DNA of 62,807 nt, counting the filler, from Sluysia triapertura (Eukaryota), in assembly GCA_046118255.1 (NCBI GenBank). It is 5 parts of 5 records of this genome, joined end to end, with 100 filler letters (N's around TTAATTAATTAA, not from the genome) between each part and the next. Parts side by side here need not be neighbours in the genome. Positions count along the whole stretch, not along the records: positions 12,673 to 28,061 come from JBJNIA010229678.1; 4 more parts are not named here. The stretch is one strand, 5' to 3'. The first letter of the stretch is position 1. Every line of letters starts with the position of its first letter. The translations under genes were made by a program, and so were the position numbers. Below, piece after piece: positions 12,744 to 26,820 of this stretch. The notes beneath the pieces were generated by a model. It made no database searches and was not told where the DNA came from. It saw nothing but the letters and a program-made list of their open reading frames with translations.

Positions 12744-15089
12744 GAGTATTAGTATTGCATCGTTGTCGGTAAAGGGTGATAAGTCTCTAATTTGAACTCT
12801 TTCTTAACAAAAAATCGATGCATTTTAAAAGCATCCTCTTTAGGATGTAACGAACTACTTAAAAAACGTTTTCTAACTTTGTATTATCAACCTTATCATT
12901 TTGAGTGTTGATTGTCAAAACCATGGAAGGACTATAAGTAAAACCCTTCGATGTCAATGATACATTTTTGTTAAATGGGAGCCAGGAAAAGTATAAAATT
13001 TAAATTCATTATCTTGCAAAAAACAAACATTAAAATTATTGCAAAAAATTGCTTCATAAGGTTGAAATATTTGGTACGCAACTTTCTTCATAGGTAAGTG
13101 TGATGCAGCCATACCATCACACGTAAGACTGAAATCAATTACTTAGCGATCAGCCTATTTCTATCAACAATTATATGATAAAGATTTATACCCCTATCAT
13201 GACAATCACATTTTTTAAATTTAAAAATATTGTCAATTAAACTGCGTTGAACTCTTGAATCATCACAAAGCAATAAAGTAGAATTGACAGAAAGAATAAA
13301 GTAAATTTTTGAGTAGTAACTGTCAGAGTATTCCGCGATCGCCGTCTCAAGGCTTTGTAATTGACATACAGTGTACACTTTTGGAAAGGATTAGCTCCAT
13401 TTTAAAAAACATAAAAATGAGTACTCATCCGAAAAATATGTAGACATATTATACCGGTAATATTCATATATGATACAGTAATATTCATATCATGATAACA
13501 ACTCTTAACTCTAGTTAATGTGGTCGTTCATTCAACTTAACTTCCGCAATATACACACGACTTTGATCGATATGATTATCCACTGATCATCATGACAAAT
13601 TTTAAAATGCAATACAGCGTGGATCATGTGAAAATCAAGCATCAATTTGAAGAACTTGTTTTGAATCATTTTAAATCCAAAGACCATTTGTTTACTAAAA
13701 TAAGGTTTTCATAATCTGATTTATATTGATAAATGATAATTCGAATAATTCTAATATTAATGTAAGTACGTACCTCTTTACAGATTGATAATTGCAAAAT
13801 GATACAAAAAGATTTTTTTCAAAAAGTTGTATTTATTAAATTTTATTTTATTTTATTTATTAAACTGTTTCATTTAAAAATTTCAAAACAATTAAATATT
13901 ATATTTAAATATTAAATTTATGCATTTTTAATTAATAATATTTGTCAGTCACAATTTTTACGAATATAGTTTTCAATATATGCACCTTAAAATCGAATTT
14001 TTATGGATCAAGCTTATTTAAAATTTTTAGAATAAAGTTGTTTTTCGATAAATTTAATTAATTTTAAGAGGTCATGTTGTCACGGATTAGAAAGACGGCA
14101 TCCACGGAAATAATTGTGATATAGATATGCTCGATTGTAGTCGTTTAAATGTTAATGATTTTATTGTGTTTGGTGGTTTGTGTTACATGAGATGGGGTTT
14201 TGAAATATAGAAAATATTGATTCGGATTTTACGTGACAGTATGCAGTAATAAAAGTAAAGCGTATGGCTGGGACACCATAATTTTAAGTAGTAACTTAAT
14301 ATTGCTCAAGTTTTGCTCGTTTAATGGAGCCTAAAATAGACGTAAAATTTATAAATCTAATTTTCTAACGTATTTAATTATACGGTCAACTCTATACTAA
14401 ATTATAATTAAATATAAGTAATTTTGTTTTTAAATAGTTAGTCATTTTGTTTTATCGTTCGTTTTATAAATATTTGTATTCAGTTCTATTTAATTAAAGT
14501 AAAATAAATTTTCTTATATTTAAAACTATCATAAAGTATTAATATTTATAACGTACAGAAAAACCACCACAAGTCTTTTACTTAGGCGTTTATATTAAGT
14601 ATTAATATACATTAAAATAGTGCTGGTTGAATTCACAAAGCATACTTTTATTATATCCGCACCACACAATCATCCTATAATTCACAAAACACATAACAAA
14701 ATCTTTAATTTTAATCAGTTCAAATCACAATTCAATTTGCAATTACACATTCTCAGATCATCGGATATTTCTTTGTACAATTTGTGTTTCAAACATTACA
14801 CAACCAACTATTTAATTAAAATGTTATTCATTAAAGCATTTTGGTTTCATACCATTCAATTATACTATTCGCATTAAACAATAATGTACTAGAGATAACC
14901 TTCAGGCTTAAACATTTCACATTTCATACAGCTTTTTGCTGGAAGCTTTTTAATATCATCCTATACCTTAAGCTATCATAACTTTATAACTTCTAACTTA
15001 GGCAAGTATTCAAAAACACTATATAGAAAATCATTATTAGAAACCTTGCCTTTTTCGTAAGCACAATTATTATAATAATATCAATATCA

Positions 15090-15160
<71 letters not shown>

Positions 15161-16030
15161 TGTCTATTTAAAAACAAATTAAATTTTAGCCCTCATTATC
15201 ATCATTTTATGAATTAATAAATCATTAATTCCACCAATGTGACATTTCATTAAAATCAGTTACAACGTAGTGACTTTAATTATATTGATTGTCCAATGAA
15301 ATGTGAATTGGCTACCGTAGTTGCTAATTCATATTTCATTGGAACAACTTTATTAAAAATTTTTCATGATTATTTTATCAACCTAAAAATGAATATTTTT
15401 GATACTATAAAAATTCATGTTTTTGGACTGATATAATTTTTCAAAATTTCATTTTTCCGGACTACAATACAATTTGATTGCCATTGTTAAATCTCTCCTT
15501 ATCTGTACGAATATTATTAATGTTAAATGTTAAAATGTTAAAACATTCATTTTACAGACGTAGTCATTAAATACACTTTACAAAATTCCAAAAAATTAGA
15601 AGTTAAATTTCATACTGATGTTGAGAACTTAAGCAAGGCATTGTTTAATAGTATAGAGGAAATTAAAAAAGTTTTCAAATGTCTGTAAACAATTCACAAA
15701 AGACATTAAGTACTCTCATTTTCATTAATATTTTAACATATTGTATTCCAGTTTGGTTTTTTCTCCAAATATCGAAAATAGAAGATAATATTTACAACTA
15801 GATCTTTATTATTTCCGCCTAGTTATAATTAGAGAAATTTCAAAGACCAGTGAGAAACCCACATCAGATTTAAAAATATATGTGTACAGTTAAGAAGCAC
15901 AAAACAATTTATTAGTAAAGATTCTTCCAACGAATACACGGCGAATGTTCTCATTAACTCCTAAGTACAGCAAGCTGATAGTTCATTGAATCAAATATTG
16001 TCAAAATATCTCAAAATATCTCAATAGAAG

Positions 16031-16560
16031 TCAAAAGTCAAATATAATTCTCAATCCAAAATCAGAATCAAAATATATAATAAAAGAATGCAAAAAGGAA
16101 TTAAATACTCAATATTAATATTACGTAAAATTATGATGAAAAATAATATTTCCAGGAATCAATGAGAAAAATCAATGCTTCTTTCAAAAGCTCATAAAGT
16201 TTAAATTTTCGACTTTTCAAAAAATAAAATAATTTAAAATTTAAACAGGAAAAGTATCTTTTTTTCCTCTGAAAAACATTTTTTCTTAAATGGATTAGCT
16301 CCAAAACTTGATCAGCAAAGAGCATTACAAAAGATTATCACACGACACTCTAAAAGTACAGAAATAATGGTAGCGGACGCTATGGGTTTTAATAAAAAAT
16401 TAATTTTTTGGTATTTGATATAAATAAAAATTAAATATTTTATTAAATAATAAATATTAAATTAAAATATTTTTGCAAAATAAAAATATCGTAACTTTAT
16501 TGTACCAGCAATTAACCCAAATCTTAATATTATTGAAAATGTTTCAGAAAAGCATTATTT
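16031..16560 (+). mobile_element. Decayed Tc1-like element
   Basis: 16031-16310 is a close copy of 19056-19330. 16504-16545 encodes PAINPNLNIIENV, resembling the Tc1 WPxxSPDLNPIEN motif. Confidence 0.65.
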
Positions 16561-17282
16561 TAACATATTGTGCCGGTTTATTATGGCTGGAGCGAGTAAT
16601 TTATTGAAAAATGTTAGTGAATTTTACTGTTACAAAAATTTTTATAAAGTTAAAAAAATTTGAATGATTTTTATTAAACTTTTATTTTCTTTTATTAAAC
16701 TTTTATTTATGAAGAATGCATTCTTTATTGTTATAAAAAATAAAGGCACTTTCTGTATAACTGACTATAGAATATACGATTGTCAACCCGAAAAAAGAAT
16801 GGAAAATAAATGAAGTAAATAATGAAGACTAAAACAGTTGCCTCTGTGTGGAGAATACTGTACTATACCGTTGTCTAAGCATCAATTACGTCACTTAAGT
16901 AAAACTAAAATAAGGCTTATATTTTGTAAATTTGACGGTTTAATATTTATTGATAAACCCAACTTATTGTTATTATTTCGATTTGTGTATGGTTTTACTT
17001 CGTAATACTATGTATGAGAAAGGCCAACATTAGTAACCTGACAGCTTTATTTCCCTCATTCTACCACTATAAAAACGTATAATTACGTGACCAGTGCCCT
17101 AGTCATAATTTGTGTGCCCCGATCAAAATATGTTTCATTTTGGATTCATGGAAAATATTGGACAAAGATTCATAATATTATTATGAAATAAATATTAAAA
17201 AATAAACATTTCTTAACAACTATGTAAATAATTTATCATCTATAAAATTTTTATTGTTTAAAATCTTATTTTAAAAAGTCAC

Positions 17283-20200
17283 GAAACTAACTGTGCCAAA
17301 TCTTCATCATATAACTTTCCTTCATTTTCATTCATATTTTTTAATAAACGTTCTTTAGTTTCTAATGCCGTAGCAGCTTCAGTTTGTGCTACTTCTATTT
17401 CTTCACCACGATCAATTTCAGCATCTGCTTCTTCACCAGTTGCCATTAATTTTGCTTTTTCTTGTTCAATTTCATCTGCCAATAATTGTGGATAATTAAT
17501 TTTTTTATCCAAATTTTCCATATATTTTGGCACAACTTCTTCAATTTTTAAATGTTTCAAGTGATAATCAGTGGATATTTTCTCAGCAAAAAATGTTTTA
17601 CCACTACCAGGAGGACCCAAAATACAAACTTTGATTGGCTAAATTAGAGCATAGGTTTAAAAAATAAATGCTGTAAAGAATAAATATTTAATTAAATTAT
17701 TCGTAAATTTAAATTTAATTTTATTATTCAGATTAACATCAATAATATCTATCTACGATTATTTCAATTAGGTTAAGAATTAAATTGTAACTTACATTAA
17801 TTTTAATAAGTATTTATTTCAAAATATATTTGTAAAATAGAATTGGTTTGAATTGATTAAAATGTTTGAAAATGATCAGTTGAATGTTGTTAAATCATGA
17901 AAATGCTATGAACATTTAAAGGGAAATGATTTTAACTGTCAATCAAATAAAATTTCATCATAATAGACTTACCACGTTTCATGATTAGTTTCAGATGCTC
18001 TTTAATATATAGTTTTAATAATATATATTAAATAAATTATATATAAATAAATTGTCCCATAAATAAATGATCATTTTGCAATATAATTTTTAAAATGATG
18101 TAACATGTTATATATTCAATTTTATCAAAAATAGCAAATTATTTTAAGATGGTGTTATATATTTTTGTTTTATTGCTTTTTTAAATTTAATTTAATTGAA
18201 TTTTTTGTTACGCATGGTTTATTCCGGCATTATTGAATAAAATAAGTCAATGTAGCAGACGCATGTGGAATGTTACAACGATGATATAGAAAGTTTAATG
18301 ACGAATGCTTAAACCTTGTAGACGAACATAAATCTGGTTGTCCAAGTGTCACATATTTACATATTACAAAAGCTGCCATTTAAATCAATCCAGTCCAAAG
18401 TATTCGAGCGAGCTTCAAATTTATCTATCAAGTGCATTTCGGAGTTTAAAATTACTATATAAAACTAATAAACGTCGCACAAAATACCATTTCATGTAGA
18501 TGAAAATATAAAAAGATTACACATGAAAAATATTTGAAGAAATAATCCGATCTAAGATTACTACTAGTGACGAATATATTATCACAACTAAGAAACTGAA
18601 AAATAATGGTTAGGTAAAGGTGAAATTGGTAGTTACAAAGGTATATATCAAAGTGATAATGTGTTTGGAGAAATTTTTACTCAGAATTGATTCATGATGA
18701 ACTCTGACTGCAGTTGTAATAAGATGTATAGAGTTGCGGCTATTATGATTGATCGTTATTCAGAATTAGTAAACATAAATAAATTTTTAATTCATATAGA
18801 AATCTAAACCTCGTATGACAAAAAAAGAAATTACTATATGATCTTAGTGGATTTGAATTAATTTCCACCAATGCATAGCCCAGATTTTCTTCAAACTAAT
18901 ACTATAACTCATTTTTTTAAAGAACCCTTTAGTAGCCGCAATGACATAGAAAATAACTGTGAAAAGTCACGTAATGGTATTTAAGTAGTTACACCGTCGA
19001 TGGCAAGACTGTTTAGAACACGATGGATTACCTATACACTCGTTTACCTATACACTCAAAAGTCAAACATAATTCTGAATTGAAAATCAGAATGCAAAAT
19101 ATATAATAAACGATTGCAAAAAGGAATTAAATACTCAATATTAATATTACGTCAAATTACAATAAAAAATAATATTTCCAGGAATCAATGAGAAAAATAA
19201 CTGTCTCTTGCAAAAGCTCATAAAGTTTAAATGGTCGACTTTTCAAAAAATAAAATAATTTAAAATCTAAACATGAAAAGTACCATGTGTTCCTCCGAAA
19301 ACATTTTTTCTTAAATGGATTAGTTCGAAAACAGGTTTGAGTGTAATTTGCTAAAATTAAAACTGTGCCTTCGACTTTAACAATCGAACCAATATTTTTT
19401 GAGACTCTTTATGATTAGTCTTTAGAGTTTAGTAGTAAAATAAATATTTTGTAATTAAAATGAATTCCTAATTAAAGTTAAGGTAATATTAACTTTTTAA
19501 GATAATAAAAGTCCACGTAACGTAAAAATTTTTTTATAACATTTAAGTGATTGCATTGTCTATTATAAATGCATAGTTTAGAATACTCGAACTTTTACTA
19601 AATTCGTTATCTAAAAGGTAACCAAATCAATTCAAATGTGATGAAAATATTGCTTAATATTCGAAATTTCATTTAAATTATAAACATAATACCATTTTCA
19701 GGATCCGCATCATCAATATCATTAACAAATTAAATTTTATGGTTATACGAAAATCATTAGTGAAAATAATTATGTAAATGTAATTTAAAATAAAATTAGT
19801 ATAAATATTAATATAAATAATAATTTTAAAATGTGAAATTAAAATATATAAAAAATTGCATGAAAACAAAATAGAAAGTAAGAAACACGGATTAGATTTT
19901 GTGCCATTATTTAACTAGCAGGTAGATAAGGCTTTGAATTAAACGTAAGAATCATAATGGAAAATGGAAATGAAAACCTGAATACTATCAAGCATAAACA
20001 AATGCAAACCAACATAATCGTACATAACTGTTAAATGAATGAAAAATAAAATTGCTAGTCAATACTGTAGGATAAAATGGTCATGTAACAATGAAAAAAA
20101 TTAGTAGTAGGGCCGGAAATCTAGGGTTTTGAGCGCTCCGGATAAAACAAAATTTGACGTCCTTTCATACAAGAATATACAAATTTATTGCGAATTAAAA

Positions 20201-20969
20201 AAATAGTAAAAAAGACAAAAAATCAAAATTACACAATAAAGAACTGTGTAAAAAATTTATTTAAATAATACAATAATTATATACTTACAAGCGACTCAGC
20301 ATATGGAATAACATAACGAGCGTGTTTAAAGTTTGAGCGACGAAGAAGAGAGAACGTTGAAAAGTAAGTTATGCTATTCCTGTTACATACAAGATTTTTG
20401 GTAAATTTATTTGTCAAAAATTCAATAACATAGTTAAATTAATTTTTTTTGAAAATCAGTTTGTAAACAGTTTAGTATATTAAAATAATTAGCGTTGTCA
20501 CCTTTATTATTAAAGAACAAAATTTATTGCTTGCCAAAAAAATCGATGTTTCATGAAAAATGATCGATTTTAATTTATAAAATCTAAAAAATAATGAATG
20601 TGAAAAAATATTTTATTTTTATACCGGAGCCCCGGGGAAGCCGCCGGCTTGCCTGCCATTTATCCGGTGTTGATTAGTAGACAATAGAAGTTAAAAATTA
20701 TTGGCGATAGATTAGTGCTATAGAAAGCGTTGTTTTCACTGATAAAGTTTTGCGCTATATGTCAACTATTTGTAAGTGCAATAATTAAATTAAGTAAAAT
20801 AAAAGATTGTATTCGAATGTTTAATTAATTTCGAATATAGAGATTTGAAACTTTAATTTGATTTAAAACTTGCATTTCCATCTCTATCATCAGAGACGGG
20901 TTTAGAATTTACCTTTATGATATAGACAATTAGAATTTCTATATAGTATATGCTACTATTGCGTTAAGC

Positions 20970-21029
<60 letters not shown>

Positions 21030-23263
21030 TTAATGATAATAATAATAATGGTAATAATAATAATTATTATTATACTAATCCTAACTGACAAATTACGATT
21101 GTCAATATACTGTTTAGTAATCAGAGCAATATTATCAACGAAACCAGTTTCAGAAACCCATTTAATTTTCATTTCCATTTTAATACTCGTTCCGTCTAAT
21201 CTAAGATCTACTAACATCAATTCTAAGTCATGGTGCTGAAAATGAAAACAATTATATTAAATATGTAATTAAATGTAAATAAAATAAATTATGAATAAAA
21301 TACCTGCACTAATTCATCAACTAATGCTTGTTCCTTGGAAATTAATTTTATGCTTCCATTACATAAACTAACAGATATAGCCTATAATATAATAAAACAA
21401 AAAGCATTTAATAACTCTAATAATTTCTGTAAATGAAAGTTTAGAATCATCAATTCCCAAAATATATTTAGACTCCGCTTTCCCATCAGCAATATTTTGA
21501 ATAACACTAAAAACAAAATTATTATAATTAAAATTGTATAAATATAAAAAATATTTACATATTATATTGGATATTGTTAGTTCCTATTGAAAATAGTAAC
21601 TTATCTATTGTGCACTTTATAAATACTTTAAAATATTTCCTTCCCAATTTTTTAAAAAAGTAAACATTCAAAGAAAGAAGCAAGCTCTTCAACCTATCAA
21701 ATCTCAACTGGAGATTGAACACCGCATGATTTCCGCAAATAACACTAAAAATTATTTTCAAGATTGAATCCACCAATGAGGATATGAATCTTAAATTAAG
21801 ATCATATATGTAACACTGTGTCACTGAAAAGATTTAATAAAATTATTATGTAAAATCAGTATTTATAATAATTATTGATATTATTTAAAATATTTTAATC
21901 TAAATAATTTATGTAAAAAAATCGATTACACTTAACAATCCCAATTAAAATTTCTTAAAAAAGTAAATAAATAATAAATTCGTCAGCATTTAACTTGAAA
22001 AAGCGCTCACGAAACGAAACATAAAAACCTGCACATGTAGTCAAGTTACAAAACTAAATGATATATCATGTAATATCAAATTTACAATATATCAAAAAAT
22101 TTTTCTTAGGAACATTTAATATTAACTAACATATTAATTTTTTCAACATCTTTTTCCGTCGCAAATCTACAAATTAATATTCAACCTTGTCTCTGCTTAA
22201 TTATCTTCAATCTTATATGTTAAATAAATATTTATTTAAAAAGTGTATATGTTATAATAATTGTAATAATTATTATTATTGCTATTATTAAAACTTATAA
22301 TTATATTTTAAAATTCCAAATATAATAAATAAACCCCGCCAAATCAGTTACGTGAATAGTTGGAATAATGTTACTTCCTGTTCCATAATAATGTAATACT
22401 TCACTATTATTCCAAGCTTTCTAAACAAATTACTTAAATTATAAGTAATAACTACTTTAAAAAACTCATGAAATAAACTTTCTCCATTTCCATATAAAAT
22501 ACCAGATGCAACAGTATGCATTTTAATTTTCGACTTCGACTATATATAAACTTTATATCACTAAGTATACATTTAAACAACCTTTTTCGATAGCTTCATT
22601 ATTTCCTTTTCTGCCATGAAATGATCTTTAAAATTTGGATGTGGCTTTCTCCTTTTGATGTCTTCTTCTGTAAATACAGCTTCTGTATCATCCTATGATT
22701 AATTAATAAATAACGAAATTTTTACTGGATCGATAGGTTTTGTTTTTGCCCAAGTCATTACGCTGCTTAACAAAACAAAAGTAACTTTCTTACTTAAGAA
22801 TTGGACATTTTCGTGCAATTTATTAGCAACCCATAGAGCTTCTTCTATTTGATTAATATCATCACAAATATTATAAACTATAACATCAAATTCCATAATA
22901 TGTTCAAAAAATTCTTCTCTAGTATCATACTTATTAAAACGTAACTTAATATAACTATTTTAACATACTCTTAAAATAGATTGTGCAAAATTTGGTTTTT
23001 TTGAAGCTTTATTTTTTAACGTACCATGTATTTCATAGCACTTATCATAATCTTTTTTGGGAAAATAACCTTCGATTTCACCAGCTTCTCCTTCTTCTTC
23101 TGCTTCTTCATCTTCATCAAAAGTAGCACCAATTTCGCAGTTACGTAAATACTAAAATTTAAATCATTCTATAAAAATTTTTACAAACTTGACCTAAGTT
23201 AAATCCTACAAAAGAATCTAGATGATTTAAAAAAATTCTTTTATTTTCAGTGTCTTCACCCAT
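17283..23263 (-). CDS. AK7: Adenylate kinase 7 (ciliary), 3' part outside the contig or not found
   Basis: Exons 23263-23189, 23151-22969, 22929-22726, 22692-22582, 22539-22456, 22420-22335, 21506-21416, 21381-21304, 21235-21086 and 17638-~17290 splice in frame. Motifs RIFLNHLDS, LLSSVMTWAKTKP, RRKPHPNF, GILYGNGE, IPTIHVTDLA and the P-loop PIKVCILGPPGSGKT are typical of AK7. Confidence 0.93.
18240..19035 (+). mobile_element. Highly degenerate mariner (DD34D-type) transposase remnant in the AK7 intron
   Basis: Relics of LxDExRSGRP (~18315), ITxDE (~18558), PPxSPD (~18865) and RWQxCxxxxG (~18995), with many stops and frameshifts. Confidence 0.65.
19051..19345. mobile_element. Tc1/mariner-type MITE
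   Basis: TA-flanked TIRs TACACTCAAA ... TTTGAGTGTA. The body is shared with 16031-16310. Confidence 0.75.
20108..20672. mobile_element. hAT-type MITE with 8-bp target-site duplication
   Basis: ATTAGTAG at 20100-20107 and 20673-20680. Ends are TAGGGCCGGA / TCCGGTGTTG, with a subterminal inverted repeat gctccggataaaa / tataccggagc. Confidence 0.8.
21640..21790 (+). mobile_element. Possible CR1-like LINE ORF2 C-terminal relic
   Basis: TFKERSKLFNLSNLNWRL resembles the YxERLxxLxLxSLxxRR motif and is interrupted by stops. Confidence 0.35.
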
Positions 23264-23337
23264 TATTTGATTTATTATTTATAAAATGTATCTCATAAAT
23301 TTTTTAATTAAAAATGTTTTTAATAAATTTTTTTATA

Positions 23338-23351
23338 ATTATCATGACAAT
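23338..23351. promoter_or_regulatory. Candidate RFX X-box upstream of AK7
   Basis: Near-palindrome ATTATCATGACAAT 75-88 nt upstream of the AK7 ATG. It deviates from GTT...AAC at both terminal bases. Confidence 0.3.
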
Positions 23352-23824
23352 AAGCAATAAAACAAATTTTATTTAATATTTAAAAATTTTATTACCGGTA
23401 CTTTATTCGAAACCTTTTTGTTGGTATTTCAATATTTCTTGAATATTTTACTTGTTTATTAGATCATTATATAAACTATATGAAACATCTAAATTTCTTA
23501 AAATATTTTCCCAATTTTGGTGTTGGTAATAGGCTATTACTAAAAATGAGCAGTCATTCAGACATGAGTATTGCGCAGAAAACGTCTTAATAAAACTGTT
23601 TTATTATCAGTTTTTACGATTACAAAAAATGTAATTAAATAATTTAATCCTTTAATTTTCAAAATCAAATTAAATTGGTCAAAATTTTAATAATGACATT
23701 TTCATAAGAATTAAATAAAAAATTAAGTAAATATGATTTTTAATTAATTTTTTAATTAAATCTATATACATATATATTTTAAATTACAGTTGTACTTTTA
23801 ATTTTAATAGTATCAATTAAATAA

Positions 23825-25726
23825 ATGTATCCAAATCCAAATAACCAAAGTTATTCAGGTATTGTAACATTTTTGCTTATAATTTTATTAGGTTATGCTG
23901 GTCAAATTGGATTTAATATTAATGCAGGTAATTTAATTCTTATACATTTTAGTAAGATAGGTGCAGGAAATTCTTATCCTCAAGGTCAGTTCGGTTATGC
24001 TCAAGGTCAACCTGGTTTTCCTCAAGGTGGCTTTTCTGTGCCACCATACGGTACCCAGGCTCCTAATTACGATCAATACCAAAGTAATGTTTCAATGCCT
24101 AATTATAGCATAAATTCATCGCAAGGCTATAACCAAAATCCACAACAAAGTTATAACCTAAACCTATCACAAGGTTATGACCCAAACTTACCACAAGGTT
24201 ATAATCCAAATCCTGCGCAATGTTATAATCAGCCTTATGGATCAAATTTTAATCAAATTTCATCTAGTTATGTTACTGATTTTAATCAACCGCAAACTCA
24301 AATAGGCTATCAATCAGGACAACAAGTGAACTATCAACCGTGTGGATACAGTGGATATCCGACACAAGCTGGAGCAGTTGGCAGTCAGGTACCTCCTAGC
24401 ATGCCAGCCGCAGTACCCCAGATGAGTTATCCTGGCTCTGTTGGTGCTATTCAGTCTAAAGTGGTTAATTTTTGAATTTATGTGTTACTATGTGCAATAT
24501 TATTTAAAACATATATTACATAATTCAAATGCCTGATTATCTTTATGGAATTAAGTTTAGTAACCCATGGTTGATTATACTTCATATTTTATTTATATTA
24601 GCAACATTTTTTTTGTTTTATGTAAGTTGAAAGTTATAGCAAGATAAAAAAAATTAATTAATTGCACATTTTAGTTCAATTTGATTTTGTTGAATTAATA
24701 CTAACATATTATATGTTTAATTATTTGAGCATAATAATTCAAATTTTATTTTAAACTACAATGTTTAAAAAACTCGTTACATAAATAATTTGGAAATTAT
24801 TCAAATTGTAATGAACTTTATGCTTTACGAAATTTATTTAAATACAAATGTTGTACACGATAGATTTTCTTGCCTCAAAACTATTTTGCATTATATATTT
24901 AGGTCTACTTATGAATGTGAAAAAATTCACATTAATAATTGCTAAATAAAATTGTTCAGAGCTAATTTAAGTAAAAGAAAACTTATTTTATAAATTATTT
25001 TTGTATCATATTTCCTATTGCTTAAGTTTTTAAATAAACAATTATTAAAACAAAGATTTCAAATCTTGAAATTATAATTACTTCCTTGTTTTACTAAAAG
25101 CATTAAATCTATAAAATATATTTGTAAACATCAATTTTATTTTTAAATAAGTTTAATTTACTGTCTTTAGTATCTTATGAAGCTAATTTTAAAATATTAC
25201 TCATAAAATTATAATCAATAATATTATAAGACTACACGCATTTCACAACTTTATTTTATCTCTAGCTTACAAGTTAAAAATGCTTTAACTTTATACTACA
25301 TAAGTATACATTAAGAATTTTAAAAGTACTTCTTTAGTTAAATGAAATGCAGTTGTAAGTAATGAAAATTATTTTGTAAATAAAATTAGCACAGTGATAA
25401 TACAACCTTAAATTTTATTGGCTATTTTTATATCAAGTAATAATTAGAGATAAATTTTTGCATGTATTTAATAAAATTTGTTTATCAAATTAATAATTCT
25501 ATAATTATTATAGATGATACTTGAATCAGTAGGATCGTCTGGTGAACGTTATACAGGTACTATTAAACCGGCTCCGAATTTTAATGCCGAACAGGATTCT
25601 AATGTCTTAAGAAAAGCAATGAAAGGTCTAGGTACAGATGAAAATTCTATAATAGAATGCTTGAGTCGTCGAAATTATGCACAGAGACTTCAAATTAAAA
25701 AGACATTTAAGACAATGTTTGGTAAA
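23825..25726 (+). CDS. Annexin A7/A11-like, 5' part only
   Basis: Long Gly/Tyr/Pro/Gln-rich N-terminus (introns 23859-23891, 23928-23960, ~24464-25513). Annexin repeat 1 follows: GTIKPAPNFNAEQDSNVLRKAMKGLGTDENSIIECLSRRNYAQRLQIKKTFKTMFGK, ending at a GTAAGT donor at 25727. Confidence 0.9.
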
Positions 25727-26539
25727 GTAAGTATGAATTATATTTTCAATATTAAGAAATTATTAAAATATTCCAAATATAAAAAGAGGTAAATTTGTTA
25801 AAACCATTGCATAATCTAAGACATAAGGCGTACATTAACTTTAAATTTTTTGTTTAAATGATAACATATGCATTTAAAATATTTAAAAAGTATTAATTCA
25901 CATGTAGAGTCAGTATTTGATGTATACATAAAGTAATTGTAAATACTTCATTTGTGTAAAATGAATAATGCTCAAAATTACAATTATATTACGTTTAAAT
26001 AGCTTAGTTCAAATTTTTTATTTAATTTAGATAATGTATACATATTATCCCTTCTGCATGATCTTGCATATCAATATTGTTAGCCAATGGTTGAAATTCG
26101 ATGAGGTTATAGCATTAAAATAGCACTTCGAAAAATTGTAAGTGAACAAGGATTAAAATTTCATTTTAAATACTTATTGGGATTAAACTTTATTAATTTT
26201 GAAATCATATGTAATATTAGTAATATAGTAATATTAGTAACGAATTTTATGTGAAATGATTATGTTATGTTAACTTGTTACAATATATATATCTATTCCC
26301 GAAAAAGTGATTTGAATAAATTATAACTAAAATAACTTTATTTGAAATAATATAAAACCAAATGAATTTTTTGAAATGAAATAAAAATAAAACTATTGTA
26401 TAAAACTATTGCTAAAATAATTTTTATTTTCGTGTTCCTAGTCAATTTGTATTTGTATTTATATTATTGGTCTATTCAATATACAATATAATATTATCGA
26501 CAATTTGTAATTATTATCAAAATAATATTTCGTTTGTCT

Positions 26540-26820
26540 TTAACTCTTTGAAGCACGGAATTTTAGAAAATAAAAAGACTCATGTTGTACAAGAATATTT
26601 TTTTTATATTTTTTTACAAAAATGGGTTATTTAAATAAATACAAATATAAAACTATGAAAAATAAAAATTGAAAAATTAATTGTAGGCATCTGTTTGTAA
26701 ACATATTATCTTATGTTCACGGTAGGTGCAATATAGTTGGTATAGAAAATATTCCAGCGTGCATTATTTGTAACTAAAAAAGTGTGACACTTTTAATCCC
26801 ACCATGCCTCAAAGAGTTAA
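26540..26820. mobile_element. piggyBac-like MITE
   Basis: TTAA-CTCTTTGAAGCACGG ... CCATGCCTCAAAGAG-TTAA, a 15-bp TIR with 2 mismatches. Confidence 0.75.

Noticed and set aside
13139-13710. ORF 13139-13378 and nearby open stretches as AK7 3' exons
   Set aside because: No AK7 motifs (e.g. QGYILDGFP) are present.
14070-14280. EGF-like relic (GIHGNNCDIDMLDC)
   Set aside because: Only a fragment with stops, so no gene model can be supported.
14620-15065. DHHC-like or Cys-rich relic on the minus strand (CMKCEMFKPE)
   Set aside because: No DHHC motif, and no splicing pattern gives an open frame.
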